Shown here one piece after another: positions 26,047 to 39,100 of a DNA stretch of 64,000 nucleotides. The stretch's first letter is position 1, and every line of letters starts with the position of its first letter. A program made the position numbers and the translations under genes. Under the pieces are notes generated by a model that was given only the letters and a program-made list of their open reading frames with translations, was not told the DNA's origin and did no database searches. The stretch is from assembly GCF_031769215.1 (NCBI RefSeq), contig NW_026782195.1, forward strand, positions 930,001 through 994,000, in the 5' to 3' direction. Source of the DNA: Ylistrum balloti. Lineage: Eukaryota.

Positions 26047-27220
26047 GTTTCTAAAATTATCACAAACTAAAATGATTATGAAATTAAAGTCACGAGTCCT
26101 AGAAGAACGAAACAGCCGTATGATCTACTTTTAATTCGTATCAACTTGTTTCAATTTTTAAATGTAACTGAGATGTACATAGCAGGGTGACGAGTGTCAT
26201 TAATCACCTTTCAAAAAGAAACGAGTTCAAGATCCTTTTTATCACATGATCAATAATTTATGCAAAATAAGGTAGAAAACGGACATTGCCACCTCAAACT
26301 TGTCAGTTCGGCTGTATATCAATGGTCTTCAATCACAACGCAGTTGGTGAGTCTGTGACATTTCGTTATCTAAACCTGACACAGAAGAAGGATACATTGC
26401 ACATGTGTAACTATAAAAATATATCTCATGGCCATATTAATTAAATAACAGCGCATTATTGTGATGAATATATTTAATAGAGTCAAGTCCCATAATACGT
26501 GAAATAATTTTAATCAGATATGCATTTCTTGGTAAAATACAATAAAAATAAATAAATAAATAAATAAACAAGTGTGGTAAAACGAAAGTAAGGTTGGTTT
26601 AGTCATAATAACGGATTAAAGTATCATCATCTGTCAAAGCGAAAGTAAGAATACGACATCGGATGATGGAGTGAAAGGAACTACAAGGCTAGCTGAGATA
26701 GGGTAAGAAACAGTAAGTAAGATATACAGTCGTCTAATAATATTTATAGATTTCGAATGGAGGTAATCTAACGCACGTACATTTCACATCGTTTTATCGC
26801 GAGACAAAATTTTCAATAGATTTTGAACGAAATCGAGTAAAGGTGCACTAGACACTGAAAACCCTAATTTTTCGGCATAATGTAATTGCCGATATAGTTT
26901 AATTATTTCAAATAACCTGAAGTAATACTCATGTCGTATAAACTTGCTCGCTATCAAAAGAAGTTTACGTCTGAAGGTCGCTTGGAGGTTGCTCCCCTTC
27001 TTACTTAAGCAGACTGTTATTCTGAGAGAGTTAACGTTTTAGATTTAAACTCGTCTTTCCCTTTAATAAAATATTCATCGTGTAATCAGAACCAGATTGT
27101 CTTTGGCTGACGTGTGCTTTTTTATAATTCTGATATACTGATAAGTTTACCATGCCGTTACAGAAAACAAAAGGCTGATTGGTGGTGACTAATAACAGGT
27201 TGATACGCACCACATCTTCC

Positions 27221-27580
27221 GGGTTTTCCAGTCAATCAAACTAGAAGTTTAACAACCATGCTCCGCCTAATTCTGAGAAACCGGAATTTACCACTTTCAT
27301 CACTTTTGTTTATATACGTATTGGTTTATTTTTCAAATAAAGAATGAGCTAATATTATTTATAGTGATCGGAGAAATACAAGATTAGCTCATACATATAA
27401 TTATGATTTAGAGACACTATAAATAAAAGTTACCTTTTGATTTGTTCAAGTTTCTAAGGATATCGCTCCAGACACACTTGCTGGGAGGAATGTGTAGAAA
27501 GGACTAAACGATTGGAATTTCCATCTGATCACGTGACTGTCTGACACTGAATACCTAAGTACGCGAGTGTTCTATAAAAG
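27221..27580 (+). promoter_or_regulatory. ACOD1 proximal promoter with kappaB, GAS, E-box and TATA motifs
   Basis: GGGTTTTCC 27221-27229, TTCTGAGAA 27271-27279, CGGAATTTACC 27282-27292, TGGAATTTCC 27513-27522, TCACGTGA 27529-27536, TATAAAAG 27573-27580; ATG at 27633. Confidence 0.65.
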
Positions 27581-27632
27581 GAAGAGAAACAACAATTTTC
27601 ACGTGTGTTTATATCGGTCTACACGTGAAAGG

Positions 27633-30486
27633 ATGATGGGTGCACGTACTACAGTTTTACAGGTCTGTGTGATATTTTATAATGCAATGATTTTTCTTGT
27701 GATGTGGGTGAAGAATATGGTGTATTTTGATCTGGTATAATAACTTCCAAGTATGTTTCGTAATGACGAAGTTTTCGATTTTGTTCTTGATCGTGGTTAT
27801 TGCGCTGCATAAAAAATCAATCAACATATGTCACTGTAAATTTGTGGTGAAGGAGCTGACTTCATAAACATAAATAATAGAAAAGTATTTTATTTTTGCA
27901 ATAAAACAGTTTTGCACATGCTGTTGTTAAAACGACCCATTTCAACATCTAATGTAATATTTTAACTTTGACATTCCTAACGTAGATAAAACAGTTAGTA
28001 TATATATTTTTTAATCTTTGAACCCTCAGGGAAAAACAGTCCAACTCCTCAGCCGGTCGTATAAAGAAACAAAACACGTGCATGATCGTCAGTATTCGAC
28101 AGTAATCGTTCCGGCAACTGATGAAGTTAAGCGGCAATACTCCTTTCAGGTTGTCCCTGCCAAAGGTACGTACACAATAATTATTTCTTATTTCATCATC
28201 TCAATATCTTCATTGTCTATAACTTTTAGTACTGTCTAGTTTGTGTAGTCCCTAACCAGTGATAGTTTGTCTAGTTTGTGTTGTCTCTAACCAGTGACGG
28301 TTTGAATGTCTAGTTTGTGTTGTCTCTAGCCAGTGACGGTTTGTCTAGTTTGTGTTGTCCCAACCAGTGATAGTTTGTCTATTTTTTTGTCCCTAACCAG
28401 TGATGGTTTGTATGTCTAGTTTTTTTTGTCCCTAACCAGTGATGGTTTGAATGTCTAGTTTGTGTAGTCTCTAACCAGTGATGGTTTGAATGTCTTGTTT
28501 GTGTTGTCCCAACCAGTGATGGTTTGTCTTGTTTTTTCCTAACCAGTGATGGTTTGAATGTCTAGTTTGTGTTGTCTCTAACCAGTGACGGTTTGTATGT
28601 CTAGTTTGTGTTGATCCTAATCTGTGACGGTTTGTATGTCTAGTTTGTGTTGTTCCTAACTAGTAATGGTTTGTTAGTCTATTTTCAGCTGTTCCAACAA
28701 GTAAATATTTCTGTTTTTATTCTGTGGTGTCTTTGATTTAGAAGTCTTACAATTCTGTCCTTAACCAGTCATCGTTTTCATTGTCCAGAAGTGAACCTCC
28801 CTGCTGCAAACCTTACAACATGGATGTCAGAGCACATCTCCAACTTAAGCATAGCAGATATTTCACCTGTGGCATTAAAGAGGAGTAAACGTATGATATT
28901 GGATATCATCGGCGTTGGAATGATTGGCTCGAAAACAGAAATTGCCAACAGTTACCGCGATTTTGCGGCATATACGGAAGGCTTCAATTCCAATCACAGA
29001 GCCTCTGTTTGGGGAACTGGTGGCTTGAAAGCATCTACGGCAATGGCTGCCTATCTTAATGGTGCCAGTTGTCACGCCATGGATTTTGACGATACGTGGC
29101 ACCCTGCCACACATCCCAGTAGCCCGGTGCTCCCCGCTCTGCTGGCTCTGTCGGACACACTACCATATTCTCAGAAGCCTTCGCTGGAGGACATCTTAGT
29201 GGCATTTAACGTTGGGATTCAGGTCCAGGGGGCCCTGCTAAATTGTTCAACTCAGGCTAGGAATATCCCACACCGGTGAGAACACATTACTTCTCTGTCA
29301 TCAGTATAATGTAACGTATAATAACGAAATTGATACAGCAGGAAGCAGCCACTTTACTGCTCCAGGATATAATGATTCATGTAGTGAAACAAAACTTACT
29401 GAATGAAACTTAAATTCGTTGTAGTATATATTATATTGACCTAGTTCTTAAAGCCTTCGAAAACAAATTAAATTTATGAATCAAACTAATTTCTTTGTAG
29501 GGTATTTTAGAGCGGTAAAGCGATACAACACAAGTATCATGTGTTTTAAACCTTGTGTTCCTTTGTGTTACAGTCTCCATCCACCAGCGATAGTGGGAGT
29601 TATGGGAAGCGCTGCCGCCTGCTCCAGATTGTTGGGTCATGGTCCTCAGAAATGTCGTCATGCGTTAGCTATTGCCTCTTCATTCGCTGGAGCTCCTATG
29701 GCGAATGCCGGTACCACAACAAAACCATTGCATTCTGGGAAGTCAGCTCGCTTTGGACTTGAGGCAGCTATATTAGCTGAGAATGGTATCGAGGGAAACG
29801 AAAATATTTTAGATATGGATTCTGGCTTTGGGGCATTCTACGAGGACTACAACCCTGAGAAACTTCTAGACATGCTCACAGAAACAAATGACGTCATTCT
29901 GCATCATCAGGATATTGCACTTAAGCGATACCCGTGCCATCTGGGGATGCACTGGGCTATTGATGCGGCAATGGACGTGAGAGCTCAGCTTGTATGCCAT
30001 TTGGGTGGTTTACACGTCGATTTTATCAGAAACGTACACATTATCGTTCCTGGTTCCAAGTACATCAACCGACCAATACCCACAACCGAACACGAGGCTC
30101 GGCATTCTTTCCAGTTTACTACATGCTCTGCTTTGTTGGATGGCGAAGTTGCACCAGAAACGTTCCACTTCAACAACATAAGGCGGCAACAGCTACACAG
30201 TCTTCTCAGAAAAGTTAGTGTCATTACGCCTGATGACAACACACCATCGTTTGACAACATGTACGTAACTGTTCGTGTCGTGACGAAGGACAACGTGACA
30301 TTTGAAAGCACGTGTACCGAACCGTATGGACATTGGAGAAAACCGTTATCAGATGCCGACGTCGTTAAGAAATTCCGAAAAAATACGGATTTTCTTAACA
30401 AAGAATCTCAAGACAGACTTGTGAATCTGGTATTGAGGATGGAAAAGACGCAAACCGTCACAGAAATCTCACAACTGTTGCTCTAA
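27633..30486 (+). CDS. ACOD1: cis-aconitate decarboxylase (IRG1, MmgE/PrpD family), 521 aa, 4 exons
   Basis: Exons 27633-27662, 28030-28165, 28789-29275 and 29574-30486 join in frame (1566 nt). Motifs RSKRMILD, HAMDFDDTWHPATHPS (catalytic His103 equivalent), FNVGIQVQG, RLHPP, ANAGTTTKPLH, KRYPCH, HEARHSFQ and GHWRKPLS match vertebrate ACOD1. Exons 1-2 are less certain than exons 3-4. Confidence 0.95.
28235..28680. repeat. 36-40-bp tandem repeat in ACOD1 intron 2, about 11 copies
   Basis: Unit tgtctagtttgtgttgtccctaaccagtgatggttt(gaa/gta). Confidence 0.9.
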
Positions 30487-32652
30487 GCTATAAATATAAG
30501 TAGGCTCTGAAAAGTGCTTTTGTAAACACACAAAACGTGCTAGTATACCGAACTTGAGATATTTGTCTATATTTAAAGTGGATTCAACCCGAAGAGCACG
30601 ATATGAAAGTTTACAGAGGCGGTCAAAATCTAAGTTGTCTTTTATTTGTCTTCAACCATGAAAACTAAAGTGTCTGTTTTAGAAAGTCGCTGATTCCTTT
30701 TAAGGAAATGAGGACAAGAGAGCTGAGGCCGTGAGAGAGTTTGATATGTGAAGACATATATAAATATGTATAAATACGTGTGTTTTAGTCTAGTCATTAG
30801 AAATTGTATATAGTGTCTTTACTTTGTTTGTCGTTATTGTTTTCTACATGCATCACAGCATATTATGTATCACGGCAACATCATGTAAACACATCACCTT
30901 CCATTAATGTCAAAATATAGGTAACTATTGTAGTATGTATGATGTGTAGAGTATTGTTATTCTTATGTAAATATCGCACCTTGAGGTAGTGGGATGACTT
31001 CTATTGTAATTATCTGTGATGAATATTGAGCAAAATAATGTTTTATCTGTATAACTTAATTTTATGTGTCTGTCGCTAATATATATATATACATCACTGG
31101 AAGGTCTGTATGACTTTTGTGGAAATAAAACAAAATATCTCATTCAATATTCCTCCAAAAGATGAAGAGTTACAAATAAATGAAAAAGATATTAACATAT
31201 TTTAAGATACATGTACACAAGATTATTTCCAGAAAGAGAAAGTGAGCAATTAAATTACTAAAGCATTCCAATGTCGATGATAGCAACCTTTTATCAAAAG
31301 AAGTTACTGAAATGTAAGGCGAGACACCTCGGAGAACACACAACAATCACGTAAAAAGTGCAATGACATGTCTTGAATATTTTTCTCTAAAACTGGAGTT
31401 ATATCATGCAATTTTGGTAAATATATAATGACAAAATATAATTTCCCAAACGTGCTGCACTTTGCACACAAGCCATCCGCACCTAGATTTCTGTTCAAGT
31501 TTATATGTTTGTAGTACTGAATGGCATTATAAAATATACATTGAAATTTTCGTCTTTCATATTAATAAGTGCCAAAGGGCCAGTGCATTCAGCGAACTGA
31601 TCATACGTCAAAACATGCATCAATGACATGTTTTTGTACTGCCCTTTTCATAAATTCTTATTTTACTATCTTCCTGAAACATTAGTAATTTTTTTCATTA
31701 ACTTTTGTTTGATATATTGGTATACAGATAGTTTAAGGGGAAAATAGTATAGATATTAAAATTTCTAAAACCAGATCTTTTCAACAATATTTATCAACTT
31801 AAAATTAGTTTCAATATGTGCTCTGTCACAAGGTACCTCAAAAATTTAAGATTTATAATTTAAGTGAATATGACTTTAAAGTTAAGAATAAACGAGCGAA
31901 ATCATGAGAACGGTTTGGAGAATAGGGGCAGACGTGTTCCGGATTTGATTTTTCATTTTTAATAACATGCTTAGTCTAGATAATAATAAAAAAATCATTT
32001 ATGACATCATTTATGTAAATGATGATGAAAACAATGCAAAAACAGATAAACCTACCTTGATGTACATACGACATACTAGTTTGAATGGAAGTTGGAAAAC
32101 TATGCCTGTGTCAAGTCAATCAGTTTTTAATATCAACATCAGTTCTAAGGAATAAAATTACAAAATACTTTAACAGAACAAAACCTGGTCTTATTCCCCT
32201 TGTACTTTGATGATATGTCGGTATTTTGTTCGTTACTTTTATACATTAAAGTGTTTGTATAGAGTCACTTTGATATCAACGAAGTATATCACACAAACGC
32301 GTAAAAACAATCACATCCCAAAATAAATTTATATGTCTTTTTCTGGATGATGTCCAAGATTAGTACTACTTCCTTTTACACTGTTGCCAAAACATTAATA
32401 CAGAACTGGGTTTACAAAGGATTGTACAAAAGAAATACACTCCCGTTATAACACGAATTTACAATTTATAAACAGTCAGGCAAAATAATGAAAATAACTG
32501 TTCCTTACCGCTGATTCGTCGACCTGGGACTTGTCGATGACACCAAGTCCACCTGCACAGTCCAATTACTGCTATTTCAAAGGATTGTGCAAAATAAACC
32601 CCCTTCAATAGAAATATCGAATAAGGTACAGTAGAACCAAATGATTTATTGC

Positions 32653-33325
32653 AACTGAATACAGATGGTTTGTCCTTCTAGGACCTGTCAATATGTGCAC
32701 TTAGGGCCTAATTATCAATATCTAATCTAATATTTCAAAGAAAATTTTTGACCACAAAGAAAATGTCTCTTCCTGTTGAAGATAAGACATTTTTGAAGCA
32801 TTCAATTTTAATACCTTTAAAGATAAAAAAAATGATATTTTTATTCTTACCAGGAGGAGACACTTCCTTAGTGGTTCAAAATTTCATCTTCTTCCGTGGT
32901 TATAGAACAGACATGGGAACTGAATACAGATGGTTTGTCCTTCTTGGACCTGTCAATATGTGCACTTAGGGCCTAAATATCAATATCTAATCTAATATTT
33001 CAAAGAAAATTTTTGACCACAAAGAAAATGTCTCTTCCTGTTGAAGATAAGACATTTTTGAAGTATTCAATTTTAATACCTTTAAAGATAAAAAAAATGA
33101 TATTTTTATTCTTACCAGGAGGAGACACTTCCTTAGTGGTTCAAAATTTCATCTTCTTCCGTGGTCATAGAACAGACATGGGAACTGAATACAGATGGTT
33201 TGTCCTTCTTGGACCTGTCAATATGTGCACTTAGGGCCTATATATCAATATCTAATCTAATATTTCAAAGAAAATTTTTGACCACAAAGAAAATGTCTCT
33301 TCCTGTTGAAGATAAGACATTTTTG
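32653..33325. repeat. Recent 265-bp tandem duplication, about 2.5 near-identical copies
   Basis: aactgaatacagatggtttgtcc starts at 32653, 32918 and 33183; twin ORFs at 32748 and 33013 are offset by 265 bp. Confidence 0.95.

Positions 33326-33387
<62 letters not shown>
33326..33387. repeat. Compound (TA)n(GA)n microsatellite
   Basis: Read directly from the sequence; it terminates the 265-bp array. Confidence 0.95.
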
Positions 33388-33392
<5 letters not shown>

Positions 33393-34169
33393 CAGTCTCT
33401 AGATGAAATTCGCCTGCACCATTGTTTGTTTTGATCGATACTTTAGCATAGATATTGGACTTGCATAAGAAAGAGTATATTGTCTTGTCATTACTTATAC
33501 AGGTTATAACGATATGTGATAAGGTAACTTGTTTTAAAATAGTTGATAAAAATGTAAGTATAAAAGTTGTTATTTATTTTCTGTACTGCATCGAAATATA
33601 CTAATATTTGAGCAGGGACGTATTGAACTTATGCGCTTTATGTACTAATCCTAATGTAAATGAACAGCAATGTACGCAAAAGAACATTTTAAAGAAAATA
33701 ACAAAAGCTATATTTACACTAATGGCATATGAAAAGATTCTAAATAGGCGAATTCACAAGATAACAGGCTGATTATGTGATGAAAAGTGTCAAGTTCGCT
33801 TATATATTGTATGCAGTGCTTATTTGTATTTTGTATGTTTGATAAGCATTAGATATTGCTTAGTGTTTTGCAGAAGCATAAGACGAATACTCTTCCGATA
33901 CACCTGGTCTTATTCTCCTTTTGCTCATATTCTGCCCTTGTTGTTGTTTTTTTAATTTGAGGTTGGATTGTGATTATGTTGACATGTTTCTTGTTAGTTT
34001 TGACGGGTAAGTCGGCCTATGCACCTCTTCATCTAGATTTTTTTTACTTCTTTTTAACATCTTGGCTTCAATAATTAGGCTCCTAGCGTCACTCACGAGA
34101 CCCAAGAAGGAGAGAAAACAGATGTATGATGGAGTTTACTGATTTGTTTTTCTCTATTGGACACAACTT

Positions 34170-34390
34170 TTATTTTGCCAATCGTATAAACCCACCGCAA
34201 CTGGAAATTAAGGACACAACGGACTCTTCTACATCAGTCGCTTATCTCTATCTTTATCTACAACAAAACCAACACGGACAGCTTCCCATTAAACTGTATG
34301 ATAAGCTTGATGTTTTAAATTTTCCTATTGTGAATTTTACATTTATGGATAACAACCCCCTTGCATTCCCAACCCACGTTACTTACAGGT
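34170..34390 (+). mobile_element. Degraded Penelope-like retroelement reverse-transcriptase fragment
   Basis: PPQLEIKDTTDSSTSVAYLYLYL...IKLYDKLDVLNFPIVNF resembles the LEIKDTT..S.SYLDL...LYDKRDDFNFPIVNFP segment of Penelope-like RT ORFs. Confidence 0.75.
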
Positions 34391-35714
34391 CATATTTTGC
34401 CTTTTTTAAAAATTTTAGTTATAAGTATCATATAATTTCTAGTGGCTAGTCTAATTCTTATTTATATATCATAACCTATAACTGTCAATGTTATGAAATG
34501 TCTACCCCAGATGAGTTGTTTTTGAGACGAATTTGACGGAACTTTCATATATTATGTATTAGTGTTTTGTGAGGAAATTAGTGGACATGTTTTATGTAAG
34601 CTGTGAAGTATATGTCATAAATGATATGTAGTGTAAAATATTGTAAATTTGTACTATTGTGTTGTCAATGCCGGGTATTTTTTCAAACTTTTGTAAATTA
34701 TGAACAAATATTGTTTCTATTACTCTCAAATAGGTTTTACAATACTATCACAGTGTTGTCACAAAAACATAAATTCTAAATTAGGGATATCTTACACAGA
34801 CATGGTAACTGATACGAACTTTAAACTTCACATTGTTTTTGTATATCCATAACATTTTATCAAGTCCACCAATAATAGATTTGTTGGCTCATGTCTGAAA
34901 ATAATTTTAAAAATGACAAGCTGGAAGTTACCCGGTGGAAAATATAATTATTGATCCTGTATATTACGGTGTCTGGGTAAGTGCAGGAAAACGATTTACG
35001 ATCAATAAAACAACCCCATGCGAACAATTTTTTTCTTTTCTGTTGATAATAACTCCTTCAAAATTTCAATGAAGATTAGATATTTGTTAAACGTTGGGCA
35101 GTAAAGGGAAATTCCCATTTTTACCAACAAAAAAAATATGGCGTCATATTTAAATTGCTATCAAGATAGGTGTTTATCTGACCTTCAATCATTGAGAAAG
35201 TGATTTGCACAGTACACAGACAAATTCAAATAAATACCAAAGTAATTCTGAGAAAGTGATAATATTAAAACACATTGTCACGGACATGTGTAAGCTATTT
35301 GAACTACTTTGTAGACATAGTGTTTAAAATCTTGTTTAGATTAAGATTAACAATTAAAAATGAAATAATGACGAATGTGTAAGCATGTGTTCCGGGGTCT
35401 TATCTCAATGAATCATATCTGTATAACAATCCAGTAAGACTATGTAAAAAATTTATACAATTAATTGATTTGGTCAGTAGTAACATGCGATTCCAAATTA
35501 TGCTGCTAACGAAAAAATTCCAAACGACAAGGGGAAAATTTAAACCAAACAAATTTCAATTTATTCAAAATTAAAAATAAAGAGTGTTGCTTCTGAATTT
35601 GGTCCTTTTATTCTAGGTATACAACATCAACAAAATTGGATCTTTTCATTTAAAAAATACCAAGACATGACTGTTGAAATATTTACATTTTTCAATGGAA
35701 ACGGTTAGATATAT

Positions 35715-36110
35715 AAGTAATCATGATGTTGGCTTCAATATCAGTAATCATGATGTCGAGTTCAATATCAGTGATCATGATGTCTGCTTCAATATAAGTA
35801 ATCATGACGTTGGCTTTAATGCAAGTAATCATGATGTCGTATTCAATATAAGTTGTCATGATGTCGTATTCAATATCAGTGATCATGATGTCGTATTCAA
35901 TATAAGTAATCATGATGTCGTATTCAATATAAGTAATAATGATGTCGTATTCAATATAAGTTGTCATGATGTCGTATTCAATATAAGTAATAATGATGTC
36001 GTATTCAATATAAGTTGTCATGATGTCGTATTCAATATAAGTTACCATGATGTCGGTTTCCATGTAAGTAATGACGCAGCGTTCAATATAAGTAATCAAC
36101 ATGTCGGTAG
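35715..36110. repeat. 27-bp tandem repeat, about 14 copies (copy A)
   Basis: Unit catgatgtcgtattcaatataagtaat. Confidence 0.93.
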
Positions 36111-39100
36111 TGGTAGATAAGATTTTTTTTCTGAAACAGCCAAGAAAATAACTATGTCTAATCTTCCTGATTCCTCGGTAGTGTGTTGTAGATCTGCCAT
36201 TGGACCATCTAAAGCCTAAAGTAAGTAAGGGGAAAAGGGGGTGGGGGGGTGGGGGGGTGGGGGGTGGGGGGGCGTATAGAGAGGAGCATTCATAGACATA
36301 AACAGGTAGACTGAAACAAGACAGAATCACACCTTCCATGTATTTTACATGTTGATTTGAAGAACATAAATATTGCATCATGTTTTGAAACAGCTGGATG
36401 TATCAAATAGTTTACATGAAATAAACATTAAACGTAGGGCTGTGAAGAATCAACATAACAAATTGGTTTAAGAAATTCCAGAAGTTTAGTTTAAGCGGTG
36501 ACCTTATTGAAATTTGACATATTAATTGTTAACGTCTTGATTGATTGCAACTGTTTAACAATCACGTTGATTGATGTAAAATGATTATTGAAATGTATCA
36601 TTTTAACCAATACCGAAATGCTATGGCCTTCAATATTTTTGTTATCATTTTCCATGATTGCTAAAATCAGAAACATACTTGATTTCATTTTATTATTTTT
36701 CATATCACTGAGTAAATTTTTTTTCTTCCTTTTAAAAATTTTGTTTGTTTTCGAAATCAATAAAAAAAATCTTCATCTTGGAATGTAAATACACATAAAA
36801 TATCTTAAAATCCATCAAGTATTCTTTATAAATCATATATTATAATTTGTATCCATACTCTCTATTTCAGAAAATATGCTTTAAACAACGCACTCTATGA
36901 AAACGTTTTCAAACAAGTAAAGAAAGTAAATACAACATAGAAACAATGTTAATGTTGTGATTCCTTCCAATGTTTGATGGCTGTTTTCTGTAACGCTTAC
37001 CAGGGAGTTTGAATCTGAGTGATGATGATAGAGATATTGAATTGATTAATTTAAAAACATCTATTGTGTGTTTTAATTGTTTAATATTAATTGTTCTTTC
37101 CTTTTTATCCCTGACTGTGTTGTTATATAGATATCCTGTTTTGACTAACATCTACCACATATTACTGTCAGTTTCTTTTTTGGAATGTTACCGTGATATA
37201 TTTAAATCCTGATTTGGCTTGCATGAAGATGTCCAGTTTAATTATTTTCGTTATGTTGGTACATTCCGTGATATTTGATTGTGATGTAACCAGTAATGTC
37301 GTTCTTATATATATAGCCTGTGGTAGTGAGGTGACCAATATTGAATATTGATACTTTTTATCAATAGAGACAAAAAGTTCTGAAGGAAGAAAAAAAATCT
37401 TGCAGGAAAAACAGGTTTCACCTCTATCGGAACTTGCTCATTCCTCCGCAATGTCCGATTAAAGTTACACAGAGGTAGGCGATTCCTCGCTTGACAATAT
37501 GTCAAACATTGCTTAACCAAGGTCAACGTATATAACATTAGTTTACATGTACTTAGGTGGATGTCATATCATTCAAACGTGGCTTTGCAGGTCATGGCAA
37601 ACCACTTGGGCGAAAAGCCCTACAACAGTGTCTATCTCTGTGAACTTACAAAGCAAATTTTAAAGGCAATCGTTATAGTGTGTACTATTTTGCTCATGAA
37701 TGCTTATTCAAAAGTGATTGCTATTGGCTATTTGAATATTTCGTAGTTTACTGATATTTATTTAATAGCGTTCCATAAATTATTTCATAAAATACCAAAA
37801 GAAAAAAAATGGGATTCTTTTATAAGTTTCATAGACGGCAGTCGTCACAGATTACTACCGACAGATAGACGAAAATGTCCGTTAATTCGTCCAACCTATG
37901 CTTATTATATAGGTTATATATCAACCGAGGCTTTCTGTACCTCTAGTCTTATTTAATCAGTTACGTCTAGTATGATGAAGGGCAACCGGACCTCGGCGCT
38001 GTTTTTTTTCCCCCCATATCGGTATCATTCTCCGATTTTGCCTTTTAACAGATATGAAAACTCACGTTTAAATCACGTAATCAGAGACAGGGAGTATCAC
38101 CATGTATGTTTCAATGCCCTGAAGGTTACAATTTAAATACATTCGACTTTCATGCACCAGCGCACGAAATAAAAAAAACAAAAAAACAAAAATACAAACC
38201 TTAGTTCATATAGAGTATTATTTTTATAAGTTTAACGTTTAATATATTTTATACACTGGATAGCAATGCCTATATATTTGCGATGGTTTACGGATCATAT
38301 ATTATGCATGAAATTTAATTTGTGAAGTTTACGAGAATAGTTGATGCATCAACCTAAACCTATTCCTAAACCTTTACCTGTTCATTTCAATATTGTACGA
38401 CATGGAAAATTACCGGGAAGGATCTAAATCCTGTTTGTCTTGCTTTAAGAAATGTATCTTACGCCTTCTAATGTAAACATATCACCTTCCATTTATGTCA
38501 TGACGCAGGTAACTATTGTAGTATTTATGTTGTGTAGAGTCACCAGGATTGTCAGTCTTATGTAGATATCGTACCATGAAGTAGCTGGATGACCAGTATT
38601 ATAATTATCTATGATTAATGCCTTTTATCAATGCGAAAAAAAATATTCCCGAGGAAGGTGGGAATTTTCTTGCAGAAGAAACAAAACTACCTCCATCGGA
38701 ATTTGCTCATCCCTCGAGAGTTCCAATTAAATCCACGCAGATCTATTTCCGTTTGAAAATATATCGGCCATTATGCAACAAAGACCAACGTATGTTACAT
38801 TGGGCGAAATGTACTTTAGTAGATAGTATTTCAGGTATCCACTGTTAAAAGACCATACAAAAGAAACACAAGTGAATTACACCATCCAATATATTTTTGA
38901 CCAGCCAAATAATATAGAAAGCTGCACCATACAGCTGTTTTTCCTTCTGAAATGCACAAGTGATTTGAAAGACATAAACTTTGAAAAAAGGCGGCGATTG
39001 AGGCAAATAAAACATTATCGAAATGAGTGTAAACATTGAGATGAAGATGCACTAACTCCACAATTCAATTGATTGCATAGTTGTCATATATTGGGAAAAG

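Noticed and set aside
24645-26063. 472-aa hydrophobic ORF
   Set aside because: 15-aa periodic translation of the 45-bp satellite.
29476-29573. 5' part of the 336-aa ORF (MNQTNFF...) as ACOD1 coding sequence
   Set aside because: It lies in intron 3; the acceptor at 29572-29573 restores the conserved RLHPP junction.
35106-35116. Isolated perfect kappaB site GGGAAATTCCC, plus similar sites near 38400-38700 and 51040-51063
   Set aside because: A few such matches are expected by chance in 64 kb and these are far from any identified promoter.
35692-36381. 229-aa minus-strand ORF with GFRWSNG / YFLGCF (lectin- or WSC-like words)
   Set aside because: It runs through a poly-G tract and the 27-bp satellite; the homologous block at 46043 has stops in this frame.
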